Below are positions 19,229 to 27,595 of a DNA stretch of 64,000 nucleotides, piece after piece. Source of the stretch: Gemmatimonadales bacterium (GTDB lineage Bacteria; Gemmatimonadota; Gemmatimonadetes; Gemmatimonadales; JACORV01). The stretch lies in assembly GCA_035502185.1 (NCBI GenBank), contig DATJUT010000031.1:87276-151275 (forward strand). Reading direction: 5' to 3'. Position 1 is the first letter of the stretch. Every line of letters begins with the position of its first letter. The notes under the pieces are model-generated. The model worked only from the letters and a program-made list of their open reading frames with translations, was not told where the DNA came from and ran no database searches. The position numbers and the translations under genes are program-made.

Positions 19229-20623
19229 ATGGAGCTTTCAGTAAAGGAAACCTGGAGCCGCCTCCTCGACCAGGCTCGTGGTCGCCTGCCAGAGCCCACG
19301 ATCCGATCCTGGCTGGAGCCGGTGGAGGCCATCGGCCTCGAGAACGCCACCTTGGTTCTCGCGGCTCCCGACGAATTCGCCGCGGATTGGAACAAGTCCA
19401 ACTACGCCGCGCTGCTGTCCGACCTGTCCACTCAGGTCGTCGGCCGGCGTCTGGAGATGTCGTTCCGCGTCATGGAGGAGCGGACGCGGCGCCCCCAGAT
19501 GGACTTCTTCGTCGCGACCCCGGGCTCCGGGCCCGGCGCGGCCACCAAGGCGCCCGTGTGGTCGATGCCGCTCAACGAGCGGTACACCTTCGGCACCTTC
19601 GTGATCGGCAAGTCCAACGAGCTGGCCGCCGCGGCGGCCCATGCCGTCGCGGAAGCGCCCGGCAAGGCGTACAACCCCCTGTTCATCTACGGCGCGACGG
19701 GGCTCGGGAAGACGCACCTCATGCAGGCCATCGCCCACGCGGTGCTGGAGCGCTCGCCGCAGACGCGCGCCGTGTACATGAGCGGCGAGCAGTTCACCAA
19801 CGAGGTGATCGAGCACATCCACGGCCAGAAGATGCCGGAGTTCCGGCGCCGCTATCGCAACGACCTCGATCTCCTCCTCCTGGACGACGTGCACTTCCTC
19901 GAGCGTAAGGAGTCGACTCAGGAGGAGTTCTTCCACACCTTCAACGCCCTGTACGAGGCCGGCAAGCAGATCGTCCTCACCAGCGACCGCTCCCCGAAGG
20001 AGCTGCCGGGCCTCGAGGTGCGGCTGGTGTCCCGCTTCGACTGGGGCATGGTCGCCGACATCGGCCAGCCCGATCTCGAGCATCGCACCGCGATCCTCCG
20101 CAAGAAGGCCGAGCAGGACCATCTCGAGCTGACGATCCCGGACGACGTGCTCCAGTTCATCGCCGAGCACGTCCGGAGCTCGGTGCGGGAGCTCGAAGGC
20201 TGCATCATCAAGCTCCTGTTGTTCGCCTCGCTCAAGCACCGGGAGATCACGATCGATCTGGCCCGCGAGGCCCTCTCGGACAAGATCAAGCCCGCCGAGG
20301 AGACGGGCTCCGATCTGGTGGGCCGCCGCGGTGGGCCGACCATCGACCGCGTGCAGGAGGTCGTCGCCAGGCGATGGGGGGTCACCCCGGAGGGCCTGCG
20401 CTCCAAGGCGCGTACCAAGCGCCTGACCGTGCCGCGCCAGGTCGCGATGTACCTGGCCCGGGACCTTCTCGGCATGCAGCTGGTGGAGATCGGCCAGGCC
20501 TTCGGCGGTCGCGACCACTCCACCGTGATTCACAGTCTTGACAAGGTGTCCCGACAGCTCGCGCGCGATCACAACTTCCGGGATCGCGTCACCCAGGCGC
20601 GCACCGAGTTGTCCGCAGTCTAG
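19229..20623 (+). CDS. dnaA: Chromosomal replication initiator protein DnaA
   Basis: Domain I (WSRLLDQARGRLPEPTIRSWLEP), AAA+ Walker A GATGLGKTHL, DDVHFL, and C-terminal DNA-binding domain (VAMYLARDLLGMQLVEIGQAFGGRDHSTVIHS). ATG at 19229, with an in-frame TTG at 19226. Confidence 0.97.
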   Translation: MELSVKETWSRLLDQARGRLPEPTIRSWLEPVEAIGLENATLVLAAPDEFAADWNKSNYAALLSDLSTQVVGRRLEMSFRVMEERTRRPQMDFFVATPGSGPGAATKAPVWSMPLNERYTFGTFVIGKSNELAAAAAHAVAEAPGKAYNPLFIYGATGLGKTHLMQAIAHAVLERSPQTRAVYMSGEQFTNEVIEHIHGQKMPEFRRRYRNDLDLLLLDDVHFLERKESTQEEFFHTFNALYEAGKQIVLTSDRSPKELPGLEVRLVSRFDWGMVADIGQPDLEHRTAILRKKAEQDHLELTIPDDVLQFIAEHVRSSVRELEGCIIKLLLFASLKHREITIDLAREALSDKIKPAEETGSDLVGRRGGPTIDRVQEVVARRWGVTPEGLRSKARTKRLTVPRQVAMYLARDLLGMQLVEIGQAFGGRDHSTVIHSLDKVSRQLARDHNFRDRVTQARTELSAV

Positions 20624-20859
20624 GTGTGGGTAAGTGAGTGCACCGTGTGTGTGGTATGTCGGAAGCTGTGGACCGCGCCGGATCTCTTGTGCTCTACCGT
20701 GGACCTTCCCACACGGCGCGCGCGACCGCTCGGGGCCAACTCGTTGATGCGACGCACGCTGGCGCCGAAGCGAACAGTTCCACATGCTCTACGGTTACTA
20801 CTGTCTTTATATGATAGGGTGGTTAGTAGGCTTCCCGACCCACCTGCAATGAGGATTGG
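20624..20859. other. Candidate oriC (dnaA-dnaN spacer)
   Basis: 236-bp spacer. TGTGG/CCACA cores at 20625 (TGTGGGTAA, 8/9 to the box complement), 20650, 20667, 20699, 20706 and 20778. The most AT-rich run is TCTTTATATGATAG at 20804-20817. Confidence 0.45.
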
Positions 20860-21972
20860 ATGAAGTTCACGATCACGCGGGAGAAGCTCCAGGAAGGATT
20901 GCTCGCGGTCGTCTCGAGCATCCCGGCGAAGACGACGCTGCCGGTCCTGTCGAACATCCTGATCGAGGCCACCAAGGACGGCATCCGTCTCTCGGGCACG
21001 GATCTCGACATTGCGGTGTCGACGACCGTGCCGGCTGACGTGGACGAGGAAGGTGCCCTGACACTGCCGGCGAAGAAGCTCTCGGAGATCGCGCGCGAGC
21101 TGCCGGGATCGCCAGTGCGCGTGACGTCCGCCGGCGAGCAGCGCGCCCAGCTGGAGTGCGGCAAGAGCAAGTTCCGGCTGCTCGGCCTGCCGCGCGACGA
21201 GTTCCCGTCCTTCCCGGCCGTGCGCTTCGACGGCGCCTGGAAAGCTCCCGCCAAGGAGCTGCACAAGCTGATCGGGCACGTCGCGTTCGCAGCCTCGACC
21301 GAGGAGAGTCGGCCGATCCTGAACGGTGTGCTGTGGGAGTTGCGAAAGGACCGGATGCGGATGGTGGCGACGAACGGCCACCGGCTCGCCCGCATGGAGG
21401 TGCCGCTGTCGGGTGCCGCGGCGTCTCAGGCGGATCTCATCGTTCCCCCCAAGGCCTTGGAGCAGATTCGGCGGCTGTTTGCGGAGGATGTCGAGGTCGA
21501 GATCGGCAAGAGTGAGAATCACCTCGGCTTCCGCAGCGCCGGCACCCAGGTGTTCACCCGGCTGATCGAGGGCCCGTATCCCAACTACGAGCAGGTGATC
21601 CCCCGGGAGAACGACAAGTTCGCGACGGTGGACAAGGTCGCGATGGCGGCCGCGCTGCGCCGCATGAGCATCGTGGCGAGCGACCAGACGCACCGCATCC
21701 GGCTGTCCTTCGGCAGTGGAACGCTGAAGTTCAGCGTGCAGACCCCGGATCTCGGCGAAGCGCAGGACGAGATGGCCGTCACCTACGAGGGGGACGCTCT
21801 GGAGATCGGCTTCAACGCCGCGTACCTGCTGGAGCTGCTCAAGTACATGCCGACCGACGAGGTGCGCTTCACGCTCAAGGCGCCGGAGCGCGCCGCCACG
21901 GCCGAGCCGGTGGGTTGGGACGATCCCGCCTCGTACGTCTGCCTGGTGATGCCGCTGAGACTGATCGACTAG
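20860..21972 (+). CDS. dnaN: DNA polymerase III beta sliding clamp
   Basis: 370 aa. MKFTITREKLQEGL...LPVLSNILIEA start, three-domain length, and C-terminal MPLRL. Confidence 0.95.
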   Translation: MKFTITREKLQEGLLAVVSSIPAKTTLPVLSNILIEATKDGIRLSGTDLDIAVSTTVPADVDEEGALTLPAKKLSEIARELPGSPVRVTSAGEQRAQLECGKSKFRLLGLPRDEFPSFPAVRFDGAWKAPAKELHKLIGHVAFAASTEESRPILNGVLWELRKDRMRMVATNGHRLARMEVPLSGAAASQADLIVPPKALEQIRRLFAEDVEVEIGKSENHLGFRSAGTQVFTRLIEGPYPNYEQVIPRENDKFATVDKVAMAAALRRMSIVASDQTHRIRLSFGSGTLKFSVQTPDLGEAQDEMAVTYEGDALEIGFNAAYLLELLKYMPTDEVRFTLKAPERAATAEPVGWDDPASYVCLVMPLRLID

Positions 21973-22922
21973 CGGGGTGGCCCCGGAAGCACGGGGATCT
22001 TGGATGAATCGGCCGTCGTGTCCGGTGTCTTGGGGGGCACGGCGGCCGAGTCCGTCCTGCTCCGCAGCGTATCCCCGGCGGCGTCTGCCCGTGACGTGGT
22101 GTCACCGGCGAGCGGCGCGAGTTGCGCGGGCACCGTGTCCTCCTGCTCCTCCGGCGGGACCGTGACCGGGGCGCCGCCGAGCTTGAGCAGGATGAGCTCC
22201 TGTCGCCAGCGGGTGCGGCCGGGCCGATAGGCCGGGTTCGACGTGAGCGGGTGCGGCAGGGTGGCGATCAGCATCGCGGCCTGCTCGGCCGAGAGGTGGC
22301 GCGCTCCCCGGCCGAAATAGCGCTCGCTCGCCGCCTCGACGCCCCAGACGTTCGGACCGAACTCGGCGACGTTCAGGTACAGCGCCAGGATCCTGTCCTT
22401 GTCGAGCGCCCACTCGAGTCGGTAGGCGATCACCGCTTCCTTCAGCTTGCGCAGCGGGTTGCGGGAAGGTGACAGGTAGAGGTTCTTGGCCAGCTGCTGA
22501 GTGATCGTGCTCGCGCCGCGCAGCCGGGCGCGGCGGCTCCAGGATTGCTCGAGCGCCCGCCACAGCTCCGCACGATCCGCCGCACTGCGCCACGAGAACG
22601 AGGCGCGGCGATAGCCCATCGCCTCGCGGAGCGCGCGGTAGTCGATGCCGTGGTGCAGGTAGAACGCCTCGTCCTCGCCCGCCATCGCGGCCCGCGGTAG
22701 CCAGACGCTCATCGTCGCGGCAGCAATGGGGAGGTACCGGCGCGGTGGTGCGCGGTCGTCACCCCGCAGTTGCCGCGCGCGCATCGTCATGAACGCGGTC
22801 TGAGCCGGCCAGTGGGTGCGCCACCACGAGGGCGGTGGCCAGACGAAGCCGAGCCAGGCCACGACGGCGCCCGCCACCAGGGCCGCTCCGGCGGCGAGGC
22901 GGCCGAGCGTCGGAGACATCAA
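21969..22922 (-). CDS. mtgA: Monofunctional peptidoglycan glycosyltransferase (GT51)
   Basis: N-terminal TM. EDEAFYLHHGIDY, GASTITQQLAKNLYL, RKLKEAVIAYRLE and ILALYLNVAEFG are GT51 motifs. No transpeptidase domain. Pro/Thr-rich C-terminal tail. Confidence 0.85.
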   Translation of the reverse strand: MMSPTLGRLAAGAALVAGAVVAWLGFVWPPPSWWRTHWPAQTAFMTMRARQLRGDDRAPPRRYLPIAAATMSVWLPRAAMAGEDEAFYLHHGIDYRALREAMGYRRASFSWRSAADRAELWRALEQSWSRRARLRGASTITQQLAKNLYLSPSRNPLRKLKEAVIAYRLEWALDKDRILALYLNVAEFGPNVWGVEAASERYFGRGARHLSAEQAAMLIATLPHPLTSNPAYRPGRTRWRQELILLKLGGAPVTVPPEEQEDTVPAQLAPLAGDTTSRADAAGDTLRSRTDSAAVPPKTPDTTADSSKIPVLPGPPR

Positions 22923-22923
22923 G

Positions 22924-23757
22924 TCAGCGGTGGGGAGTCGGGGCGCGGGTCACGAGGGCCCCGGAGAGACCGACGGCGTCGATCTCGTTCGCTCCGCCCG
23001 AGGCCAGGCCGACGGCGCCGAGCCGGCTGCGAGAGGCGTCGAGGCTCAGGGCCAACACCAGCGCGCGCCGCTTGAGGCTGGGGCTGAGGTCGGCGAGAAC
23101 AAGGACGGCGACTCCCCGGCCGAGCGCGACCGCGCCGCCGGCGCGATAGCCGACCGACCGCCACGCGTGCGGCGCAACTTCCCACTCGCCGCCCAACTGC
23201 ACGACGCCGCGCAGCAGGTAGACGAGCGCTCCCGGCACCAGCGTGGCCCAGTAGGTGGAGTCCCCCAGACGCGGCGATCCGATGTTCCTCGTCACCAGCG
23301 ACAGCTGGGTGCCGTCCAGGGTGCTCACCCGGGCGGCGACATCCCACGAGCCGGCGTCGGCCAGGCCGCGGTACCAGCGCCGCGTCATTCCCGCCGAGAA
23401 TTGCTCGTCACCGAGGCCGATGCCGACGGCGTAGACGTTCAGGGACTGGCTCGAAGGAAGCCGCTCGTGGATCCAGCTCGCCGCCACGCCGCGGCCTGCC
23501 AGCGAGAGGCTGTACTGGCTGAGCTGTGCGCCGCCCGGAAAGAATCGGTCGGCAGTCACGTCGGCGCCGATGCTGGCTTCCGGAAGACGGGCGAGCCCCG
23601 CGGGATTCACCCACAGGGCTCGAGCGTCCGATGCTTCCGTGGTCAGCTCGTAGCGGGCCGGCTGCGCCGGCAGTATCTGCGCGGCCGCCCAGGCCGGGGC
23701 GAGCGTCGCCCAACCGGCCAGAACGCCGGCGACGGCCAGCGCCCGCCGCGTGCTCAC
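22924..23757 (-). CDS. Secreted hypothetical protein (beta-rich, possibly outer-membrane associated)
   Basis: GTG at 23757 overlaps the upstream TGA (GTGA). Signal peptide RRALAVAGVLAGWATLAPAWAAAQ. Alternating G/S/V/A-rich segments. I recognise no family motif. Ends 1 nt before the mtgA start. Confidence 0.55.
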   Translation of the reverse strand: MSTRRALAVAGVLAGWATLAPAWAAAQILPAQPARYELTTEASDARALWVNPAGLARLPEASIGADVTADRFFPGGAQLSQYSLSLAGRGVAASWIHERLPSSQSLNVYAVGIGLGDEQFSAGMTRRWYRGLADAGSWDVAARVSTLDGTQLSLVTRNIGSPRLGDSTYWATLVPGALVYLLRGVVQLGGEWEVAPHAWRSVGYRAGGAVALGRGVAVLVLADLSPSLKRRALVLALSLDASRSRLGAVGLASGGANEIDAVGLSGALVTRAPTPHR

Positions 23758-24605
23758 GGGAGCCGCGTGAACGTGCTGTGCGACCTGCTGCGGATCGGCA
23801 GCACCATGCCGGCACTGACCAGGCTCGCGTTCATGAGGGAGCTGTCGCTCACGGTCCTGCCCAGGTAGACCCCCTGCGGCGAGACGAAGGCGTCTTCGGT
23901 CCGCTGGCCTCCCCCAGCCAGCTCGATGGTCTGACCCTGGGTCTCGCCGGAACCCGAGACGGTGTAGGTCGACGTGGTCGCGATGTGTAGGGCGCGGGTG
24001 CCCGAGTGGTCTTCCCAACCGGCCACGCGGTGCTGCCGCACGGCGTGCACGTTCACCGACATCCCGCCGCTCGGCTGAGTCGTCGTCACCGTGTCCGACC
24101 AGGTCAGGCCGTCGGTCGGGGCGGTGGGGGGCAGTGCGGGAAGGAAATCGCGCAGGACCTGCGCGACCGCCACGAGCGCGTCGCCGGCGGTGTCCGGCTT
24201 CGGTGCCGAGATCGACTGGCCGGCCGGCGAGGAGACGAGCCGAACGACCTTCCCCCGCGCCGCCGCCACCGACGCGGCGTCCACGCCGGGTCCCGCCGAG
24301 GCTGTGATGGCCAGTGAGTCCACGGTGACCGCGATGCCGAGGTTCCCCGCGGTGTCGGCGAGTGCGGCCGAGAAGCGCGCGGCGATCGCGACGTCGGCCG
24401 AGTTGACCTGGCCCATCATCTCCTGCTCGACGTGGGTCCGGGATTCGTATCGGTACTGCCCCGCTCCGGCGGCATAGCGCAGCGGCGCCGGGGCGCGCAC
24501 GGCCACCGGCGATGGCGCAGGCGTCGGCGCCGCTGGCGCGGCGCCCCGCGCGCAGCCGGCCGCCGCGAGCGCAAGGGTCAGGAGCAGACACTGGAGGCGG
24601 TTCAT
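23754..24605 (-). CDS. Lipoprotein of unknown function
   Basis: ATG at 24605 preceded by AAGGAG. MNRLQCLLLTLALAAAGC lipobox. Pro/Ala linker followed by a T/S/G-rich beta-like body. Confidence 0.6.
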   Translation of the reverse strand: MNRLQCLLLTLALAAAGCARGAAPAAPTPAPSPVAVRAPAPLRYAAGAGQYRYESRTHVEQEMMGQVNSADVAIAARFSAALADTAGNLGIAVTVDSLAITASAGPGVDAASVAAARGKVVRLVSSPAGQSISAPKPDTAGDALVAVAQVLRDFLPALPPTAPTDGLTWSDTVTTTQPSGGMSVNVHAVRQHRVAGWEDHSGTRALHIATTSTYTVSGSGETQGQTIELAGGGQRTEDAFVSPQGVYLGRTVSDSSLMNASLVSAGMVLPIRSRSHSTFTRLP

Positions 24606-24711
24606 GCACTTCTCCTTGGGGGTTCGGCGTCGTGGTGTCCCGGCGCGCCGGTCGGCGGCTAGGGAGCGAACATGCGACGGCGCCGCAAGCCTCCCCGAAG
24701 GGCGCTCGCGG

Positions 24712-25103
24712 CGCCGCCGGCGGAGCCGTAAGCCGAGTTCTGTTCGGCCTGGTGGCCGAGCGGTCATCTCTCTGGGATGGCGGTCGCCCGCCACCTCGTG
24801 CAGCCTACCCGCGGCTCGCCGTTGCCGGCGCTGTCGGTCCGGGCCGGACCTCGCCGCCTATTTGGCCTTGCTCCGGCTGGAGGTTGCCGTGCCGCGCCCG
24901 TTGCCGGACGCGCGGTGGGCTCTTACCCCACCATTTCACCCTTACCTCGCCCGAGGGCGGGGCGGTGTCTTTTCTGTGGCCCTTGCCGTCGCCTCGCGGC
25001 GCCCAGGTGTTACCTGGCAGCCTGCCCTGTGGAGCTCGGACTTTCCTCGGACCCCGAAGGGCCCGCGACCGCTGCGCTCCGCCCTGCAAGATACCGCCGG
25101 CCC
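24712..25103 (-). ncRNA. rnpB: RNase P RNA, bacterial type A
   Basis: The minus strand reads ...GAGGAAAGTCCGAGCTCCACAGGGCAGG...GGTAAGGGTGAAATGGTGGGGTAAGAGCCCACC...GGAGCAAGGCCAAATAGG...GGGTAGGCTGC...ACAGAACTCGGCTTAC, matching the universally conserved M1 RNA blocks in order. P1 is proposed as GCCGGCGG (about 25101) pairing with CCGCCGGC (about 24716). Ends are accurate to about +/-5 nt. Confidence 0.9.
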
Positions 25104-25201
25104 TGAGGGGAGACAAACGCGCCGATCCGCCGTGCGCAACTGGGTGACGCGGCGGTGACGGGCGCACGTAGCGTGTCACGCGCGTCCCAGCGAGGAAGCC
25201 G

Positions 25202-26059
25202 ATGCCAGCCGCGGCCGCTACCGTAGCTACCGTTCTCCTGCCCGATGAGCGGCCGCGCGTCGAGGCGGCGGGTCAGGACTGCTACGTGGCGGTGCACGGC
25301 GATACGCTCGACGACGCCATCAGGCAGGTGCGCAGGCGTCGGGTGGACGCCGTCTTCCTCTCCGTCCACCGGTGCGACGATGCGGCCTTCCCGCGCGTCG
25401 CGCAGTTCGTACGGGAGTTTCCCCACGTGCCGGCGGTGGCTCTCATCTCGCGGCCCGACCTGGAGGCGCCGCACCGCGTGCTCGGCCTCGGGGCTTCCGG
25501 CGTGCGGGACGTAGTGGACGTGTCGGTGCCGGCAGGGTGGGGACGGCTGCGGGACCTGCTGCGCGAGCCCAGCTCGCCGGTGGCCGCCCGGGTGATGGGG
25601 GCGATCGACCGGGACCTCGACGGCGTCCCGCCCGACTGCCGGCTGTTCTTCGAGGTGGTGGTGCGGCGCGCGCCGGAGCTGCGAACGGTGAAGCGGCTCT
25701 CCGTGGCCCTGCGCGTGGTGCCCAGCTCGCTGATGTCGCGGTTCTACCGGACCAACCTGCCCTCGCCCAAGACCTACCTCGCGCACGCCCGACTGCTGCA
25801 CGCCGCGCACCTGTTCCGCAACGGCGGACTCTCCATCGCCGACATCGCCAACCGGCTCGAGTACTCGTCACCCCAGAGCTTCGGACGGCACCTGCGAGCG
25901 CTGCTCAACCTGACGGCGGGCGAGTTCCGGCGCCGCCTGCCGTTCGAGACCGCGCTGAACCGCTTCCGCGAGCGTCTCATCACCCCGTACCGGGACCGGC
26001 TGCTCGCGTTCCATCCTCTCGGAACGCGGCCCGGGGATCACGGACAGAGCCCGGCGTGA
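25202..26059 (+). CDS. AraC-family transcriptional regulator with receiver-like N-terminal domain
   Basis: C-terminal AraC HTH (SIADIANRLEYSSPQSFGRHLRALLNLTAGEFRRR). The N-terminal ~120 aa have a CheY-like pattern, but the acceptor position reads DAVFLSVH (Ser, not Asp). Confidence 0.65.
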   Translation: MPAAAATVATVLLPDERPRVEAAGQDCYVAVHGDTLDDAIRQVRRRRVDAVFLSVHRCDDAAFPRVAQFVREFPHVPAVALISRPDLEAPHRVLGLGASGVRDVVDVSVPAGWGRLRDLLREPSSPVAARVMGAIDRDLDGVPPDCRLFFEVVVRRAPELRTVKRLSVALRVVPSSLMSRFYRTNLPSPKTYLAHARLLHAAHLFRNGGLSIADIANRLEYSSPQSFGRHLRALLNLTAGEFRRRLPFETALNRFRERLITPYRDRLLAFHPLGTRPGDHGQSPA

Positions 26060-26109
26060 GCCGCCGGTTCCGCGGGGAGGTGTGGCGCCGGGAGGCGCGC
26101 CGGGCGCGG

Positions 26110-26679
26110 TCAGTCCGTCGTGGCCAGCAGCTCCTGCAGGCGGCAGAGGGCCCGCACCGGACTCCCGGCGCGCTCGAGAACCTCGCGCCCCCCTTCCTCC
26201 CGGTCCACCACCGCGAGGACCCCGGCCACCAGTCCTCCGGCTTCGCGGACGACCGTCGCGGCCTCGAGCGCCGAGGCGCCGGTCGTGATCACGTCCTCGA
26301 CGACCACGACACGAGCACCGGGCTCGAAGCATCCCTCGATGCGATTCCGGGCTCCGTGAGCCTTGGCCTGCTTCCGCACGGTGAAGGCGTGGATGGGGGT
26401 CGCGGTGGAGACGCTGGCGAGGGCGATGGCATAGGCGACCGGGTCCGCGCCGAGCGTCAGCCCGCCGACCAGGCGCGGGTCCCAGCCCGCCGCTCGGATC
26501 GCGGCGAGGCCGAGCGCGCCCACGAGCGCGAGTCCGTCCGCGTGCATCGTAGTGCGGCGGCAATCGACGTAGTAGGGAGAGCGACGCCCGGAGGCGAGCA
26601 CGAAATCACCGCGAAGGACGGAGCGGGCCCGCAGCAGAGCCAGTAGGCGCGCCCGTGCGTCCGGTCCGGGCGCGGTCAC
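26110..26679 (-). CDS. pyrE: Orotate phosphoribosyltransferase
   Basis: GDFVLASGRRSPYYVDCR and the PRPP loop VVVVEDVITTGAS. GTG at 26679 lies 4 nt after the kinase stop. The ORF track's longer start (26733) would overlap the kinase gene. Confidence 0.85.
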   Translation of the reverse strand: MTAPGPDARARLLALLRARSVLRGDFVLASGRRSPYYVDCRRTTMHADGLALVGALGLAAIRAAGWDPRLVGGLTLGADPVAYAIALASVSTATPIHAFTVRKQAKAHGARNRIEGCFEPGARVVVVEDVITTGASALEAATVVREAGGLVAGVLAVVDREEGGREVLERAGSPVRALCRLQELLATTD

Positions 26680-26683
26680 GCGA

Positions 26684-27595
26684 TCAGGTACGGGAGCCGA
26701 ACAACCCCTTGATCGAGCCGAGCAGTCCGGCACGGGGCACGTCCAGGGGCTGGGTGGCGGCGGCGGCGAACTCGTCGGCGAACGCGGCGACGGTCGGCTG
26801 CCGCCGCGCGGGCTCGCGACTGAGGCCCTTCATGACGGCGTCCTCGACGGCCCGGGGAAACACCAGGTCGCGGCGGGCCTGCGCAAGCGGGATGGGCGGC
26901 TGCGTCAGCAGCTGGTGGAACAGCTCGCGCGGGGACTTCGCGACGTAGGGTAGCTGCGCGGTAAGGAGGAAGTACGTGATCGTGGCCAGCGAGTAGATGT
27001 CGGCGCCCTCGCCGACCAGCTCGCCCGAGAGCGCCTCGGGCGCTACGTACTGCAGGGTGCCCACGAAGAAGCCGGTCCGGGTCAGGCGCTCGGCTGGCGC
27101 CAGATCGGCGTCACGCGCGATGCCGAAATCGAGCAGCCGCGCCCGCTGCGTCCGCGGATCGTAGATGATGTTCTCGGGCTTCAAATCGCGGTGGATGATG
27201 CCCGCGGCGTGCGCGGCGGCGAGGCCGTCGGCCACGTGGCGCACGATGGTTGCGGCGAGGGGAAGCGCCACCGGGCCGGAGCGCCGGACGAACTTGGCGA
27301 GGATCTCGCCCTCCGCCCACTCGAGCGCCAGGTAGTGCAGCCCTCCCGGGGCCTCGCCGAACTCGAACGTCTGCACCACGGCGGGATGAGCGACGCGGGC
27401 GCCGTACTCGGCTTCCCGGAGGAAGCGTTGAACCGCCGTGCGGTCCGCGCGGAGCTTGGACCGCAGGATCTTGACGGCGCAGACACCACGGCTCGAATGC
27501 TGAGCACGGTATACCGTCGCCGTGCCCCCTTCACCCACTCGTTCGAGCAGATGGTAGCCGGCCACGACCGTGCCGGTCAGGTCTTCGGACTGCAT
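26684..27595 (-). CDS. Ser/Thr protein kinase, kinase domain only
   Basis: GEGGTATVY glycine loop, AVK lysine, HRDLKPENII, DFGIARD, and the APE-type region YVAPE. 303 aa with no TM or sensor domain. Confidence 0.85.
   Translation of the reverse strand: MQSEDLTGTVVAGYHLLERVGEGGTATVYRAQHSSRGVCAVKILRSKLRADRTAVQRFLREAEYGARVAHPAVVQTFEFGEAPGGLHYLALEWAEGEILAKFVRRSGPVALPLAATIVRHVADGLAAAHAAGIIHRDLKPENIIYDPRTQRARLLDFGIARDADLAPAERLTRTGFFVGTLQYVAPEALSGELVGEGADIYSLATITYFLLTAQLPYVAKSPRELFHQLLTQPPIPLAQARRDLVFPRAVEDAVMKGLSREPARRQPTVAAFADEFAAAATQPLDVPRAGLLGSIKGLFGSRT

Noticed and set aside
24512-25179. Several 60-210-aa ORFs on both strands (24512-25147, 24604-25158, 24805-25179, and others).
   Set aside because: They overlap the RNase P RNA gene, whose conserved blocks are unambiguous. 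The ORFs have no SD sites or motifs.
26060-26109. GC-rich quasi-palindromes between the convergent AraC-type gene and pyrE, as a possible terminator.
   Set aside because: Only short (5-bp) GGCGC/GCGCC arms could be paired by eye and there is no T-tract. This is insufficient to call a terminator.
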